From sequence record MW735835.1: 64,000 nt of DNA, one strand, 5' to 3'. Positions 37,685-47,156 of the stretch are shown here, one piece after another. How positions within the stretch are numbered: the first letter of the stretch is position 1; every line of letters begins with the position of its first letter. The position numbers and the translations under genes are program-made. The notes beneath the pieces were generated by a model. That model was not told where the DNA came from. It did no database searches and saw nothing but the letters and a program-made list of their open reading frames with translations.

Positions 37685-40375
37685 ATGGCTGATATTTCCT
37701 TTGATGTGGCAGAAGGGTACTATCTAGCGCCCTTCACTGCCAACATGCTCTTGAGCGCCAATGTTCAGAGCTTGCAGTTCAGTGTCAACGGGGCACCGCC
37801 TGCCATTTCTAAGTACATCGCGTACGACACCCTCACTCCTCCGAACCCGTTCATCGCGGTGACCCAGGACGGTACGGGTAACGTGGTGTACGACGGTGGT
37901 TTCCCGAAGTTCTACAACAGTGTGGCTCCTGTGGCGGGGATCAATGCCTCGATCACCATGGAGTTCAAAGCCACTCGCACTGCTGGCGCCACCGGTAACA
38001 CGTACTACTACGATGCGTTCACCAACAAGAACGTCACCATTGCTATCGGTGACAAGTTGGTGTACGACATGTTCCAGGATAACATCGACGCCCGGGTCGG
38101 TATCGATGCTATCACTGCGGCTAACCCACAGACCGATCCTGCGACGTATTCCCTGCGTGATTGGGGATGGCCCACCTCTGGTTCCATTAAGGACCAGAAC
38201 GGTTTGGCAGCGCACCCTAGCACCGCCCTGGGCACCCTGCCCGTCGGACAATGGTACCACCGTGAGTTCGACCTGTCGCAGTGTGCCGGTCACACCTTCA
38301 TCAAATGGTCGCTGGCCTACGAAGGTGAAGTGGCAGGTACGTTTGCCACCCGTTTCCGTGACATCTACATCCTGGACCGTGATGGCAACATCAAGGCCAC
38401 CTTGTTCAAGGATGTCATTGACCTGCCCAACAGCTCGTCTGCTGAAGCAGGGGCTTCGGGTTACACCAACCTGAGCAAGACCCTGTACGACCCACGGTCT
38501 CAGTTGTCTGCATCATTCAAGTACCTGTACAACGCCATCAACTGGGTAGCCAACCCCAAGAAGGTGGCAGCGGGTAACCGTAAGATCCTGATTTTGGGTG
38601 ATGCCATCTCCACGGGCTCTTATCCAGTCAAGGGGACGACAGCAAGCGGGTTCAACACCAGCTTTACTCGCTTGTGCGCAGCGGCTGGTTTCACGCCGAC
38701 GTTTAAGGACATCTCTGATTACGCCGGTAGTCGACTTGACCCGACTGCTGCTGAACTGAGTCAGTACACCTGCGTACTGCTGATGTCTTCGCAATCCGGT
38801 AACATCGCTTACATCACCGATGCTGCGGTGCAGAACTTGCTGGCATTCCGAGAAGCAGGTAACGGCTTGATCGTGGTGACCGACCACGGTCCTGTCATCA
38901 GCGATATCGCTCAAGCCAACAACACCGCACTAGGCTCGGCCTTCTTCTGGACAGCAAACAAGCTGATCAGTCAATTTGGCGCGTACTTCAGTGGTGACTA
39001 CAACCGTACGCCTGTGAACGTGGGGTTCCTTCGTTCAACGTACGGCGATCATCCTCTGTATGCCGGCATGACCAACGCTGAGAACATCAGTGCAGGTGGC
39101 TCCGAGAGCCGGGTGCAGGTGGCGATCTATCCATCGCTCACGCCTGGTCAAGTGGCTCCGTTCAACATCGGCAACGGTAAGACGGTGATCCAAGTCACCG
39201 CCACGTTGAACAGCGGTGATATCGTCAGCTACAAGATCACCTACAACGTCGTGACGTTCAAGATCTCCTTCTCGGATGGGACTCAGATCCGGGATAACGG
39301 CCAGACCATGGACGTGGGAGCGAAGAACCAATCCCTCATCAACGCGGTCTTGGTGGGTTCTCTCGACCAGGCGGTTAACGGCATCGTCTACAAGAACGGT
39401 GTTCGTGTAGGGGCTGTCACGTACACTGTTGCCGGTGGTCTAGTACAGACCTGGGACGATTCAAGCGCAGGTGGGGTGAAGGTACAGAACTCCGACAAGT
39501 TCACTGTGATCATGGGCGCTCCCCTGAACATGACCAGTGAGATCACCATCAAGCGATTCCAACCTATCACGGTTCGTGGTAAGAAGGACCTCGCCGACAT
39601 CATGAACACCCTGCGGACGTTCAAGCCTGAGTTGACTGACATCAAGCGGGTTGGAGCAATCATTGCCGACATCGCTGCTGGTGCCCCTGGGCTTGGGATT
39701 ACCCACTCGGTTAACATCCCGCTCAACCTGAAACTGTTGGGCGACCACTTCAACAACGAAGGCCGCACATCCGCTGACCACATTTGGAAACTGGAAGCCG
39801 ACCTTGCAGACCTCATGGGAACCAAAGCAGCAGTTGCAACCGGAGCAATGAACTACGTCACCTTCGGTGGCAAGAACGCATTGAAGTTTACGCCGGGCAG
39901 CAACGCATGGGTGACCATCAACAACCTGAAATTCGGTACCGGTCCGTGGTCGGTGAACCTCTGGTACAACCCAGTCAACTTCACTGATTACCACCACCTC
40001 CTCTCGACACCGGACAACGCGACACTCATCTTCAAGATAGGCAAGAACACTGACCCAATCGCAGCGGCCAAGCCTTATGTAGTCGCGAGTTCGTTCAACG
40101 TCGCCGGAGGTAAGGTTGGAGCTGATTTGGTTACAGCGGGGGCTTGGTCGATGTTCACGTTCACGTTTACCGGGTCTTCTTTGAAGATCTACGTGAACGG
40201 CGTACTGAAAGGTGACTTCGCCGTCACCATGAACGTACCTCTGTCCAATTTCAAGATTGGACATTACACGAACGGGACGACCACCGAGCAATCCAACGGC
40301 TATCAGCGTGACCTGTCCATCTACAGTCATGCCTTGACGACCAATGAAATACTCGAACTGTACGCTTCTGGATAA
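37685..40375 (+). CDS. multidomain tail fibre/adhesin with C-terminal LamG/ConA-like domain
   Basis: 896 aa; C-terminal WSVNLWY..., AWSMFTFTF.GSSLKIYVNG, RDLSIYSHALT..EI..LY. Confidence 0.75.
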   Translation: MADISFDVAEGYYLAPFTANMLLSANVQSLQFSVNGAPPAISKYIAYDTLTPPNPFIAVTQDGTGNVVYDGGFPKFYNSVAPVAGINASITMEFKATRTAGATGNTYYYDAFTNKNVTIAIGDKLVYDMFQDNIDARVGIDAITAANPQTDPATYSLRDWGWPTSGSIKDQNGLAAHPSTALGTLPVGQWYHREFDLSQCAGHTFIKWSLAYEGEVAGTFATRFRDIYILDRDGNIKATLFKDVIDLPNSSSAEAGASGYTNLSKTLYDPRSQLSASFKYLYNAINWVANPKKVAAGNRKILILGDAISTGSYPVKGTTASGFNTSFTRLCAAAGFTPTFKDISDYAGSRLDPTAAELSQYTCVLLMSSQSGNIAYITDAAVQNLLAFREAGNGLIVVTDHGPVISDIAQANNTALGSAFFWTANKLISQFGAYFSGDYNRTPVNVGFLRSTYGDHPLYAGMTNAENISAGGSESRVQVAIYPSLTPGQVAPFNIGNGKTVIQVTATLNSGDIVSYKITYNVVTFKISFSDGTQIRDNGQTMDVGAKNQSLINAVLVGSLDQAVNGIVYKNGVRVGAVTYTVAGGLVQTWDDSSAGGVKVQNSDKFTVIMGAPLNMTSEITIKRFQPITVRGKKDLADIMNTLRTFKPELTDIKRVGAIIADIAAGAPGLGITHSVNIPLNLKLLGDHFNNEGRTSADHIWKLEADLADLMGTKAAVATGAMNYVTFGGKNALKFTPGSNAWVTINNLKFGTGPWSVNLWYNPVNFTDYHHLLSTPDNATLIFKIGKNTDPIAAAKPYVVASSFNVAGGKVGADLVTAGAWSMFTFTFTGSSLKIYVNGVLKGDFAVTMNVPLSNFKIGHYTNGTTTEQSNGYQRDLSIYSHALTTNEILELYASG

Positions 40376-40386
40376 CGGAGAATAAC

Positions 40387-40836
40387 ATGAGCGTCGCTCT
40401 TCCCAAGTTCACTGAACCGCTCGAGGAGATCCACTACCTCAAAGCGTTCTCAAACTTCGACACGCGTCAAATCGGCAAGCGTCAGTACATGATGCTTGAA
40501 GAGTTCTCGTTCGACGACGAAGTCTTCGGCAAGATCACTGTACCGAAAGGCTTCGTTACCAACTACGCCTCCCTGGATGCATTGCGCAACATCGTCCTCT
40601 TCCCGGTCTACGCTCTGCTGGCCGATTACGGGGACATGTCCGCGACCATTCACGACTACCTGTACAGCAAAGGCAGCCGAATCACCGTCAACGGTGAGTT
40701 GGTGCGCCCGACCAAAGAACAGGCAGACGAGATCTTCTACCGCGCCCTGCGCAGTGAAGGCATCGCTCGGTGGCGTGCAGGTATGTTCTTCTACGGCGTG
40801 CATCTGTTTGCAGAAGACGCTTACGAAGAAGACTGA
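40387..40836 (+). CDS. DUF1353 family protein
   Basis: ITVPKGFVTNYAS, ATIHDYLY, ADEIFYRAL...G..RWR. Confidence 0.85.
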   Translation: MSVALPKFTEPLEEIHYLKAFSNFDTRQIGKRQYMMLEEFSFDDEVFGKITVPKGFVTNYASLDALRNIVLFPVYALLADYGDMSATIHDYLYSKGSRITVNGELVRPTKEQADEIFYRALRSEGIARWRAGMFFYGVHLFAEDAYEED

Positions 40837-40847
40837 AGGATCTCATT

Positions 40848-41537
40848 ATGCGCATCCTGTTGATGGCCGCGGCAAACAGCAAGAATGGTTACCCGACCGA
40901 TGTCCTCGCTGACATCATCAGCCAGTTCACGTTCAAGAACAACTCGATCGTGGATGAGAAATCTAAACGCAACCTCACCTTCACAGGCGGTGCGTCGGTG
41001 GTTGATGGTCAGGCCGTGGTCCCACATGGGACTGGTAAATACACCCAAGTGGCGATTGACTACTTTGGTGCGGGAGACTTCACCTACGAAATCCACTTCA
41101 CCAGGACTAATCCCGTTTCGGGTGAGGGCATGGTATTGCCTTGTCATTGGGCAAACGGTGGACTTACCAGCGACGATAACCGCTTCAGTGTGTTGGTTGC
41201 TCCAGATGGTTCGATTGGGGTCTGTTTCGCCACCTCGGGCGCAGCAGGCGCTTATACGTGGCGCGCTAGTGCGGCGAATGTCGTGGGTGTTCTCAACAGG
41301 GAATACCATGTGGTCGTCGAGCGGTATAACGGGATCATCAAGGTCTTTGTTGACCGTGTCGAAGTGTTGTCGTGGAGTCAGCCTGCTCCGCTCTGGGCCA
41401 CGACCGGCAACTACCTCAGAGACACCTATAGTGGCACAGGTAACGCAGGGCACAAATGGCGTAACCTCCGGGTTGCTAAGCGTGCGCTCTACAAACACGT
41501 CATTCCGGCATTCGTGCCGTTCCCAGCGATTCCGTGA
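40848..41537 (+). CDS. LamG/ConA-like tail-associated protein
   Basis: ATG 40848 after AAGGA; GDFTYE, YHVVVER.NG.IKVFVD, LRVAKRALY. Confidence 0.65.
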   Translation: MRILLMAAANSKNGYPTDVLADIISQFTFKNNSIVDEKSKRNLTFTGGASVVDGQAVVPHGTGKYTQVAIDYFGAGDFTYEIHFTRTNPVSGEGMVLPCHWANGGLTSDDNRFSVLVAPDGSIGVCFATSGAAGAYTWRASAANVVGVLNREYHVVVERYNGIIKVFVDRVEVLSWSQPAPLWATTGNYLRDTYSGTGNAGHKWRNLRVAKRALYKHVIPAFVPFPAIP

Positions 41538-41545
41538 CAGGCATA

Positions 41546-41574
41546 GAGGAGGGCTTCGGCCCTCCTCATTTATT
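41546..41574 (+). terminator. hairpin terminator, possibly bidirectional
   Basis: GAGGAGGGC-TTCG-GCCCTCCTC then ATTTATT; preceded by GGCATA (TATGCC on the minus strand). Confidence 0.7.
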
Positions 41575-41588
41575 CGATTCGAAATATT

Positions 41589-41612
41589 TTCAACGATACA
41601 TAGTAGCAGTGA
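41589..41612 (+). promoter_or_regulatory. TTCAnnGATACAT-N5-CAGTGA motif, copy 1
   Basis: Same spacing at 45078-45101 and 58811-58834; all intergenic. Confidence 0.6.
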
Positions 41613-41665
41613 GTAGGAAGAATAATCTACCTATCTCACTTACCCAACTCTCTGGAGAGACTACT

Positions 41666-41875
41666 ATGTACACTGTTAAACACAACCGCATCATCGACAA
41701 CTACATCGAGCTGCTGAAAGCTGGTCTGGAAAAAGCCATGGCTACCTTCATCGCTCGTGCTCTGTCGGCCAAAGTGATCCTGGACGTCGCTGTTAGCGAT
41801 ACCGGTATCCACCTGAACATCTGGGACAACGAAACCACCAGCGAGAAAGCTGTGGTCTTCGCGTTCAAAGCGTAA
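41666..41875 (+). CDS. small hypothetical protein
   Basis: ATG 41666 after GGAGAG; strong codon bias. Confidence 0.75.
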   Translation: MYTVKHNRIIDNYIELLKAGLEKAMATFIARALSAKVILDVAVSDTGIHLNIWDNETTSEKAVVFAFKA

Positions 41876-41877
41876 GG

Positions 41878-41916
41878 AGAAAAGGGGATGTACTTCCCTT
41901 TTCTTTTTTCTTTTTT
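41878..41916 (+). terminator. intrinsic terminator
   Basis: AGAAAAGGGGA/TTCCCTTTTCT stem with long T-run. Confidence 0.8.
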
Positions 41917-41975
41917 GCCTGGGTTTAACAGCCAAATCCCTATGACATAAACCAATCGGCATCAAAGGAACGACC

Positions 41976-42638
41976 ATGCTCGATTTCAGTCCGCTTACGC
42001 TTGCGATCCAACGCTTTACCGACAACATCAAGACCCTCCTGTCGTCTGCTCCCGTTGTGTACGTGGGCGAATACAAAGGCTGGGCTCCGAGCACCATTCC
42101 GACTGGCTGGCTGCTGTGCGACGGCAGTGCAGTGAGCCGTACCGAGTACGCTGACCTCTTCGCTGAGATCGGCGTTGCGTTCGGAGCAGGAGATGGTAGC
42201 ACAACCTTTAACCTGCCTGACTTCCGTGGTCGAGTGCCTCGTGGTTTGACCGATCTCGAAGCCATGGGTTCAACTGGCGGTAGTGACGACGTTGTTCTCG
42301 TGGAGGGCAACCTGCCGGCGCACGCACACGCCCTTGGTGCAGAAGCCCAAGCCGATACCGTCATGAAATTGGCGACTACCGAGATCAGTCCTGTCAATGT
42401 CCCGACGAGCACGAAGAACGTCTTCGGACCTGCCTTCAGTGGTAGAACTCCAGTCACTACCTATACCGAACCCTCATCTCTTGCCAGTGGTGAGGCCAAT
42501 TATGGTTCTATCACTACGGATCTGTCGGGTGATACCAGCACTGTCGGTTCTGGTGATCCGGTCGACATCACGCCTTCGTATATCGGTCTCCGCTGGATCA
42601 TCGCCGCTGTCGGTGTACGGGCTACTGCTGTAGCCTAA
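41976..42638 (+). CDS. phage tail collar domain protein
   Basis: IPTGWLLCDGSAVSRTEYADLFAEIG..FGAGDGSTTFNLPDFRGR. Confidence 0.9.
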   Translation: MLDFSPLTLAIQRFTDNIKTLLSSAPVVYVGEYKGWAPSTIPTGWLLCDGSAVSRTEYADLFAEIGVAFGAGDGSTTFNLPDFRGRVPRGLTDLEAMGSTGGSDDVVLVEGNLPAHAHALGAEAQADTVMKLATTEISPVNVPTSTKNVFGPAFSGRTPVTTYTEPSSLASGEANYGSITTDLSGDTSTVGSGDPVDITPSYIGLRWIIAAVGVRATAVA

Positions 42639-42653
42639 ACAGCAATAAGGATA

Positions 42654-42688
42654 GGGGATAGGGGCATTGCCCCTATCCCCATTTATTT
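42654..42688 (+). terminator. intrinsic terminator
   Basis: 12-bp stem GGGGATAGGGGC/GCCCCTATCCCC, ATTTATTT tail. Confidence 0.8.
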
Positions 42689-42772
42689 AATGGATTTTCT
42701 GATTATTCACAGGATACAAAACACCTGTCTTTGAAAACGTATGGAAAATACCCTATTTAGAAAGGTCTCGAC

Positions 42773-43315
42773 ATGACCACCTATTTAACCGAAATAGCCA
42801 GGTACGCTGCCAACCTCAAGACGCTACTGAACAACACAGCAGCCTTGATGAAAACTATCAGGGACTCGAACAGCTATCGCGCTCAAGATGTGTTCAGGAC
42901 GTTTATCATTGGTACTGGAGGTCCTTCAGGCACTGGCGGTACTGGCGACATGACTGTCGACAACCTGGGTCAGACAAACAACGTCTACCTCCACTTAAAA
43001 CTCCCCATCACCAACGCACAAGACAAGGTCTCCTTCCTGATGCGGATGGAAGGGTACAACTACGGTGCTAGCAAGATAATCAACGTAGCTTGGAGTGGTG
43101 GCATGAATGGTGGGAGTCTCCTCAAAGCCACGTCAGGGACCCATCCTGTTGATGTCTACGTCGACGCCAATGGCAACCTCGTGTGCTCGATCTTCTTCAC
43201 CAGTATCTACTACACGACTGTCAACATCGAGACCATGTGTCAAGACGACAGTAAACGAATCATCAGGGGTCAGCTTCAAGGTAAGGTTTCCCTAGCTTCT
43301 CAGATCAATTTCTAG
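42773..43315 (+). CDS. short tail-fibre-like protein, paralog A
   Basis: N-terminal amphipathic helix plus YLHLKLP...EGYNYG domain. Confidence 0.65.
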   Translation: MTTYLTEIARYAANLKTLLNNTAALMKTIRDSNSYRAQDVFRTFIIGTGGPSGTGGTGDMTVDNLGQTNNVYLHLKLPITNAQDKVSFLMRMEGYNYGASKIINVAWSGGMNGGSLLKATSGTHPVDVYVDANGNLVCSIFFTSIYYTTVNIETMCQDDSKRIIRGQLQGKVSLASQINF

Positions 43316-43324
43316 GTGAGTGCC

Positions 43325-43888
43325 ATGACTCTAACCGCCTCGATACTCAACTACACGAGTAAAGTAAAAGCCAAGATAGACAAGATCATTGCAGACAAGG
43401 ACATCATCGGCACTGACAACGTCCGTGGTAGCATCTACCGCAATATCTTCAAGGGTTTCATCCGTACGGTCAGCACGCAGGAAGGTGGACCGAGTGTATC
43501 GGGCGATTTTCCTGCTGTCGGTACTCCGTTTGCAGATAACCTGAACATTTACCTACACTTCCGGATACCCTACAACATCAACGTGGATTCCAAGATGTTC
43601 TGGTTGAACATCCGAGGTTACTGCTTCGGGGGTTCCCAGATCATCGGCACGACTGCGGTCGGGTACAGCTACGCTCCTACCAAGCAACTCTTGAACACGC
43701 AAGTGTCCTCGGTTCAAACAGCTGAGCTGTACGCGGATACCAACGGAAACGTCGTACTGTCTATTCTGTTCCCCAGCATCTACTACGTCACGCTTGAGAT
43801 TGACTCCATGATGGTAGGGAACGGAACCCCGATCAAACGCGACATGTTGCAGGTGAAATACTCGAAGTCGAATCGCGTGGTGTTCTAA
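43325..43888 (+). CDS. short tail-fibre-like protein, paralog B
   Basis: YLHFRIP...RGYCFG and YADTNGNVV...SIYY match paralog A. Confidence 0.65.
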   Translation: MTLTASILNYTSKVKAKIDKIIADKDIIGTDNVRGSIYRNIFKGFIRTVSTQEGGPSVSGDFPAVGTPFADNLNIYLHFRIPYNINVDSKMFWLNIRGYCFGGSQIIGTTAVGYSYAPTKQLLNTQVSSVQTAELYADTNGNVVLSILFPSIYYVTLEIDSMMVGNGTPIKRDMLQVKYSKSNRVVF

Positions 43889-43900
43889 ACCCTATTGTAT

Positions 43901-44052
43901 GTACAGGCAGTTGATACTGTCTAGTGAGGGGGTGATCCAGCACGAGTTTTGACCCGGAACGGTTTAGCCTCGACGGGAGTCAGTTGCATACGTTCCAACG
44001 GCGCCTGTACGACGACCCACGTGGCGGCGGTCACGTGGGTCATTTTGCCGCC
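43901..44052 (+). ncRNA. candidate structured RNA or 5' leader
   Basis: Starts at the G of TATG; 8-bp terminal stem 43901-08/44003-10; 10-bp hairpin 44014-41 whose loop is complementary to 44047-52. Confidence 0.45.
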
Positions 44053-44071
44053 TCTATCCCAGGGTATTGAA

Positions 44072-44446
44072 ATGAGCGCATCCGCTAGCTTGAATGCTCT
44101 GGCACAGAGCAGCAGTCGGTATCTCGCCCTACTGCGAGACATCATCCTTAAAGGCATTCCGCAAGTCTTCACTCCGTCTGGAAGACTCACCACCGGTCCA
44201 TTGAAAGAGTGGTATGGAACGGTAACGTCCGTCAACGGAGTGTGGACGGCCAACGTGCAGAACGCAGGGTTTGTTCAGATCCTTCACGTTGATCCTCAGG
44301 CTGTTTACAATGATACCGCGTACAACCAGCAAGTCACAGCGTCCATCAACTCTGTCTCCCTGACTTCGATCTCCGGTCGTGTCATCCGGGATGGCGGTAA
44401 AGCGGGCCCGAACTGTTCTGTCATGGTTAAAGTTACGGGAAGGTAA
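44072..44446 (+). CDS. short tail-fibre-like protein
   Basis: Start moved to ATG 44072; N-terminal helix plus beta-rich tip. Confidence 0.6.
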   Translation: MSASASLNALAQSSSRYLALLRDIILKGIPQVFTPSGRLTTGPLKEWYGTVTSVNGVWTANVQNAGFVQILHVDPQAVYNDTAYNQQVTASINSVSLTSISGRVIRDGGKAGPNCSVMVKVTGR

Positions 44447-44452
44447 TGTCCT

Positions 44453-45070
44453 ATGTACTACTTCTACCCCGCCGAAAAGGCATTCAACCATGGCGCCTCC
44501 ATTTGGCCTACGTCTGTCGAAGTCACTGATGCGGTTTATGCTCAGTTGATGATCGATCTGGACAACGGCTATGTGTTGGAGGTCGATGAGAACGGTCATC
44601 CGTATAGCGTGGCTCCTTCCGAACCTTCGGTGAAGCCAATCGCTGATCTGTTCCAAGAACGCTTGGCCAGATTGAACAACGACTACGAGGCAGCAGTCTT
44701 GTACCTCAAGTCGACGTACCCGCCATCGGAAGTCATCACGTGGCCCGTGCAGATCATTGAGGCACGCGCTATTTTCTCGTGGCTGGATGCGAACCCCACC
44801 CTGACCATCGCTGATATGCCTGAAAGCATAGCGCCGTTCCTGGTGGCGCTGAGTGCCTCACGTGTAGCATTGGGTTATCCCAGTGACTTGCAACACTTGG
44901 CGCAACGCGTGATCGAGAACGATGCATTGTTCACCCCTGCTTTGGCGAATGTCACCGCGGTGCGTCACATGACCGAGAAAGAGATGTTGGCTGCGGTGAA
45001 TGCGAACGATAGCATCCTGCTGATGGCCATCACTTGGACGTTCCCCTATCCGCCTGTCGTGATCGAATGA
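44453..45070 (+). CDS. tail fibre assembly/chaperone-like protein
   Basis: YYFYPAEKAF...VEVTDAVY..LM...G.VL.VDENGHP and YP..E..TWP.Q..EAR patterns. Confidence 0.65.
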   Translation: MYYFYPAEKAFNHGASIWPTSVEVTDAVYAQLMIDLDNGYVLEVDENGHPYSVAPSEPSVKPIADLFQERLARLNNDYEAAVLYLKSTYPPSEVITWPVQIIEARAIFSWLDANPTLTIADMPESIAPFLVALSASRVALGYPSDLQHLAQRVIENDALFTPALANVTAVRHMTEKEMLAAVNANDSILLMAITWTFPYPPVVIE

Positions 45071-45077
45071 AATAAAA

Positions 45078-45101
45078 TTCAACGATACATGATAGCAGTG
45101 A
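45078..45101 (+). promoter_or_regulatory. TTCAnnGATACAT-N5-CAGTGA motif, copy 2
   Basis: TTCAACGATACATGATAGCAGTGA. Confidence 0.6.
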
Positions 45102-45135
45102 TCATACTAACCATGTCCCTTTGGGAGATCTCAAG

Positions 45136-45549
45136 ATGCGTGACAGACACGGCATTAGCATCATCATGGCCGACTCCGGTGACGAAGTCGACAGTATCAT
45201 TCATCTGCTAGGCATTACCGAAGCATTTCCGCTCCGTTCTTTGGAGCAGATGTTTCAGCTCGACCCTGACGCGGTCTACTTCGTGGTCATGCGGACCAAG
45301 GAAGAGATGACCAAGTTCGCTGAGTACTTCACTGTCAAACGTGGAGTGATGTCAGTGGGCGGACATCGTAGCAGTCTGGGCTTCAACGTGGATTGGATGT
45401 CGAAGATCCTCCTGAAGCCTCGGACTCAACCATCTCCCAGTGTGGCAGCGGTGGTGGAGAAAGCCTTACCCAAGGCGTTCACTGCAATCGAGATCCCGCC
45501 GCACATCGAGAAGGACGATCCGTACGCCGATTTGGGTTACAGGCGCTAA
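45136..45549 (+). CDS. hypothetical protein
   Basis: ATG 45136 after GGGAG. Confidence 0.7.
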   Translation: MRDRHGISIIMADSGDEVDSIIHLLGITEAFPLRSLEQMFQLDPDAVYFVVMRTKEEMTKFAEYFTVKRGVMSVGGHRSSLGFNVDWMSKILLKPRTQPSPSVAAVVEKALPKAFTAIEIPPHIEKDDPYADLGYRR

Positions 45550-45556
45550 TAAGCAT

Positions 45557-45591
45557 GGGCGGGGTAATCCCCGCCCTTATGCCCTTTTTTC
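45557..45591 (+). terminator. hairpin with TTATGCCC and T-run
   Basis: GGGCGGGG/CCCCGCCC stem. Confidence 0.75.
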
Positions 45592-45668
45592 TTTGGTTGT
45601 AATTAAAAATTATAGAGCAATACATTATAACCATGGAAGCACAACCATAAATCCATTAAGGGGATATC

Positions 45669-46508
45669 ATGAAAGAAGCACTCGCCAACGAAACTGAACG
45701 CAACCAACAAGCCGCTGGGAAGGCTGAAGGGGACGTTCGGATCAGCGATCTGCCAGTCATGGGAGAAGGGGTTGAGGATCTCTCGCTGAGCGACAACAAT
45801 CCGCATGTCGGTATGGAGGCTATCATGGGCAAGGCACTCGATGAGCCTGAGCATGAGGTTGTCAATGACGAACAAGGTCGTCCGATCAAGATTTACGGAT
45901 ACAGCGGCAACAGCTCTGCTGGTTCGGTAGCCCACACTGATCGCGGCGACATGTCCATCAGTGATATCATCGATCTGCGCAATGGTGTACCTCGCGGTAC
46001 TACCAGCCGTGACCTCGCCATCGATCCCGGCATCCGCGCCCGTACTCGTCTCGAGACCCGCGGTCAAAAGATCAAGCGTGCTGCGGTGCGTACCTACCTG
46101 ATCCTTCTCACGTTGATCCTGGCAGCTGTAGGTAGCCTCGGTTACTACATTTACCATCAGACCTTCGAAGTGCCCGGCAAACGCCTGACCGACTATCGTC
46201 CCTGCTCCTACGTCGACGAGAAGCTCGGCCTGGAGATCACGGGTCGTCGTGAATTCTCCTACCTGGAGCGTTCGCTGTTCGGCGTTCACTACCGGCTGGA
46301 GAAGGACATCAGTGAGCGCACTCAGATCGACATCCGTGGCGAGGCCATCACTGCCGTCGGCTTGACTGGCGACAAAGCCAAGCCATTCTGGGCGAAATTC
46401 GCTGACATGGGTGAACGAGGTATTATGATACTCGACCCCGCGAATCAGTATGTCTTCACCACCAAGAAGAAGGCAGTCGTGATCGACTACGATCAATTCT
46501 GCCGCTAA
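45669..46508 (+). CDS. single-pass membrane protein
   Basis: Acidic N-region; TM YLILLTLILAAVGSLGYYIY. Confidence 0.75.
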   Translation: MKEALANETERNQQAAGKAEGDVRISDLPVMGEGVEDLSLSDNNPHVGMEAIMGKALDEPEHEVVNDEQGRPIKIYGYSGNSSAGSVAHTDRGDMSISDIIDLRNGVPRGTTSRDLAIDPGIRARTRLETRGQKIKRAAVRTYLILLTLILAAVGSLGYYIYHQTFEVPGKRLTDYRPCSYVDEKLGLEITGRREFSYLERSLFGVHYRLEKDISERTQIDIRGEAITAVGLTGDKAKPFWAKFADMGERGIMILDPANQYVFTTKKKAVVIDYDQFCR

Positions 46509-46525
46509 GTAACGACATCAAGACA

Positions 46526-46543
46526 GGGAGGCTACGGCCTCCC
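46526..46543 (+). terminator. hairpin
   Basis: GGGAGGC-TACG-GCCTCCC. Confidence 0.55.
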
Positions 46544-46576
46544 GCATTATCCATCTGCACGCAACCAAGGAACATC

Positions 46577-46786
46577 ATGGCAGACATCGACGCATCGGTA
46601 AAGAACATCCAGCAATCCATCGCCGCACTGCTGGAGCGCGTCAATAAAGGGGAAGTTCTGTCCAAGGAAGAAGCTCAGGCACTCCTCGAGTGTCGAAAGC
46701 AGTTCGACCAGCTCAAGCAGGTCGACACTTACAAGGAAATTCTGCGTGGCACCAAACTGAAAGAACTCACTGACAAGTGGGCTTAG
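46577..46786 (+). CDS. small coiled-coil protein
   Basis: 69 aa, AAGGA RBS. Confidence 0.7.
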   Translation: MADIDASVKNIQQSIAALLERVNKGEVLSKEEAQALLECRKQFDQLKQVDTYKEILRGTKLKELTDKWA

Positions 46787-46794
46787 GGGGCATC

Positions 46795-47154
46795 ATGAGT
46801 AATCGCAATCTGGCAGCGTGTTACGACACGGTCATCTATTTCCAGGACAAGGGCAAGCCGCGTCAGTACATCAAGGCGATCGGCAAAGACCTCCTCGAGT
46901 TCATTTACTTCACGGAGAATCTGGACGAAGCCAAACTGTTCCGCCCCCATGTAGGCTGGGCAGGTGAAGGCATCGACTACGACTCTTACCACAACGCGTT
47001 CAACATCTTGGTCCAGCGCTTGCGCAAGGATGACAAGTATCGTGTGGCGTTGGGGAATGAGATCTTCGACGAAACCAATAACCAGACGGTCGTCGCAGCC
47101 ATGCGCATCGAGCACACCGACCGTCTGACCACCGTACTGATGCCGCAGGAGTAA
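46795..47154 (+). CDS. hypothetical protein
   Basis: ATG 46795 after AGGGGG. Confidence 0.7.
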   Translation: MSNRNLAACYDTVIYFQDKGKPRQYIKAIGKDLLEFIYFTENLDEAKLFRPHVGWAGEGIDYDSYHNAFNILVQRLRKDDKYRVALGNEIFDETNNQTVVAAMRIEHTDRLTTVLMPQE

Positions 47155-47156
47155 CC

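Noticed and set aside
43928-43980. Superficial TPP-riboswitch resemblance (GGGGTG...GAG...ACCCG.GAAC...GG..CC..GGGA)
   Set aside because: Lacks the invariant CUGAGA, CCUGAU and GCGnAGGGA elements, and the context is a tail-fibre gene
43949-44071. N-terminal extension of the 44072 gene in the ORF track
   Set aside because: TTG start without RBS; random-looking peptide; the region is better explained by RNA structure
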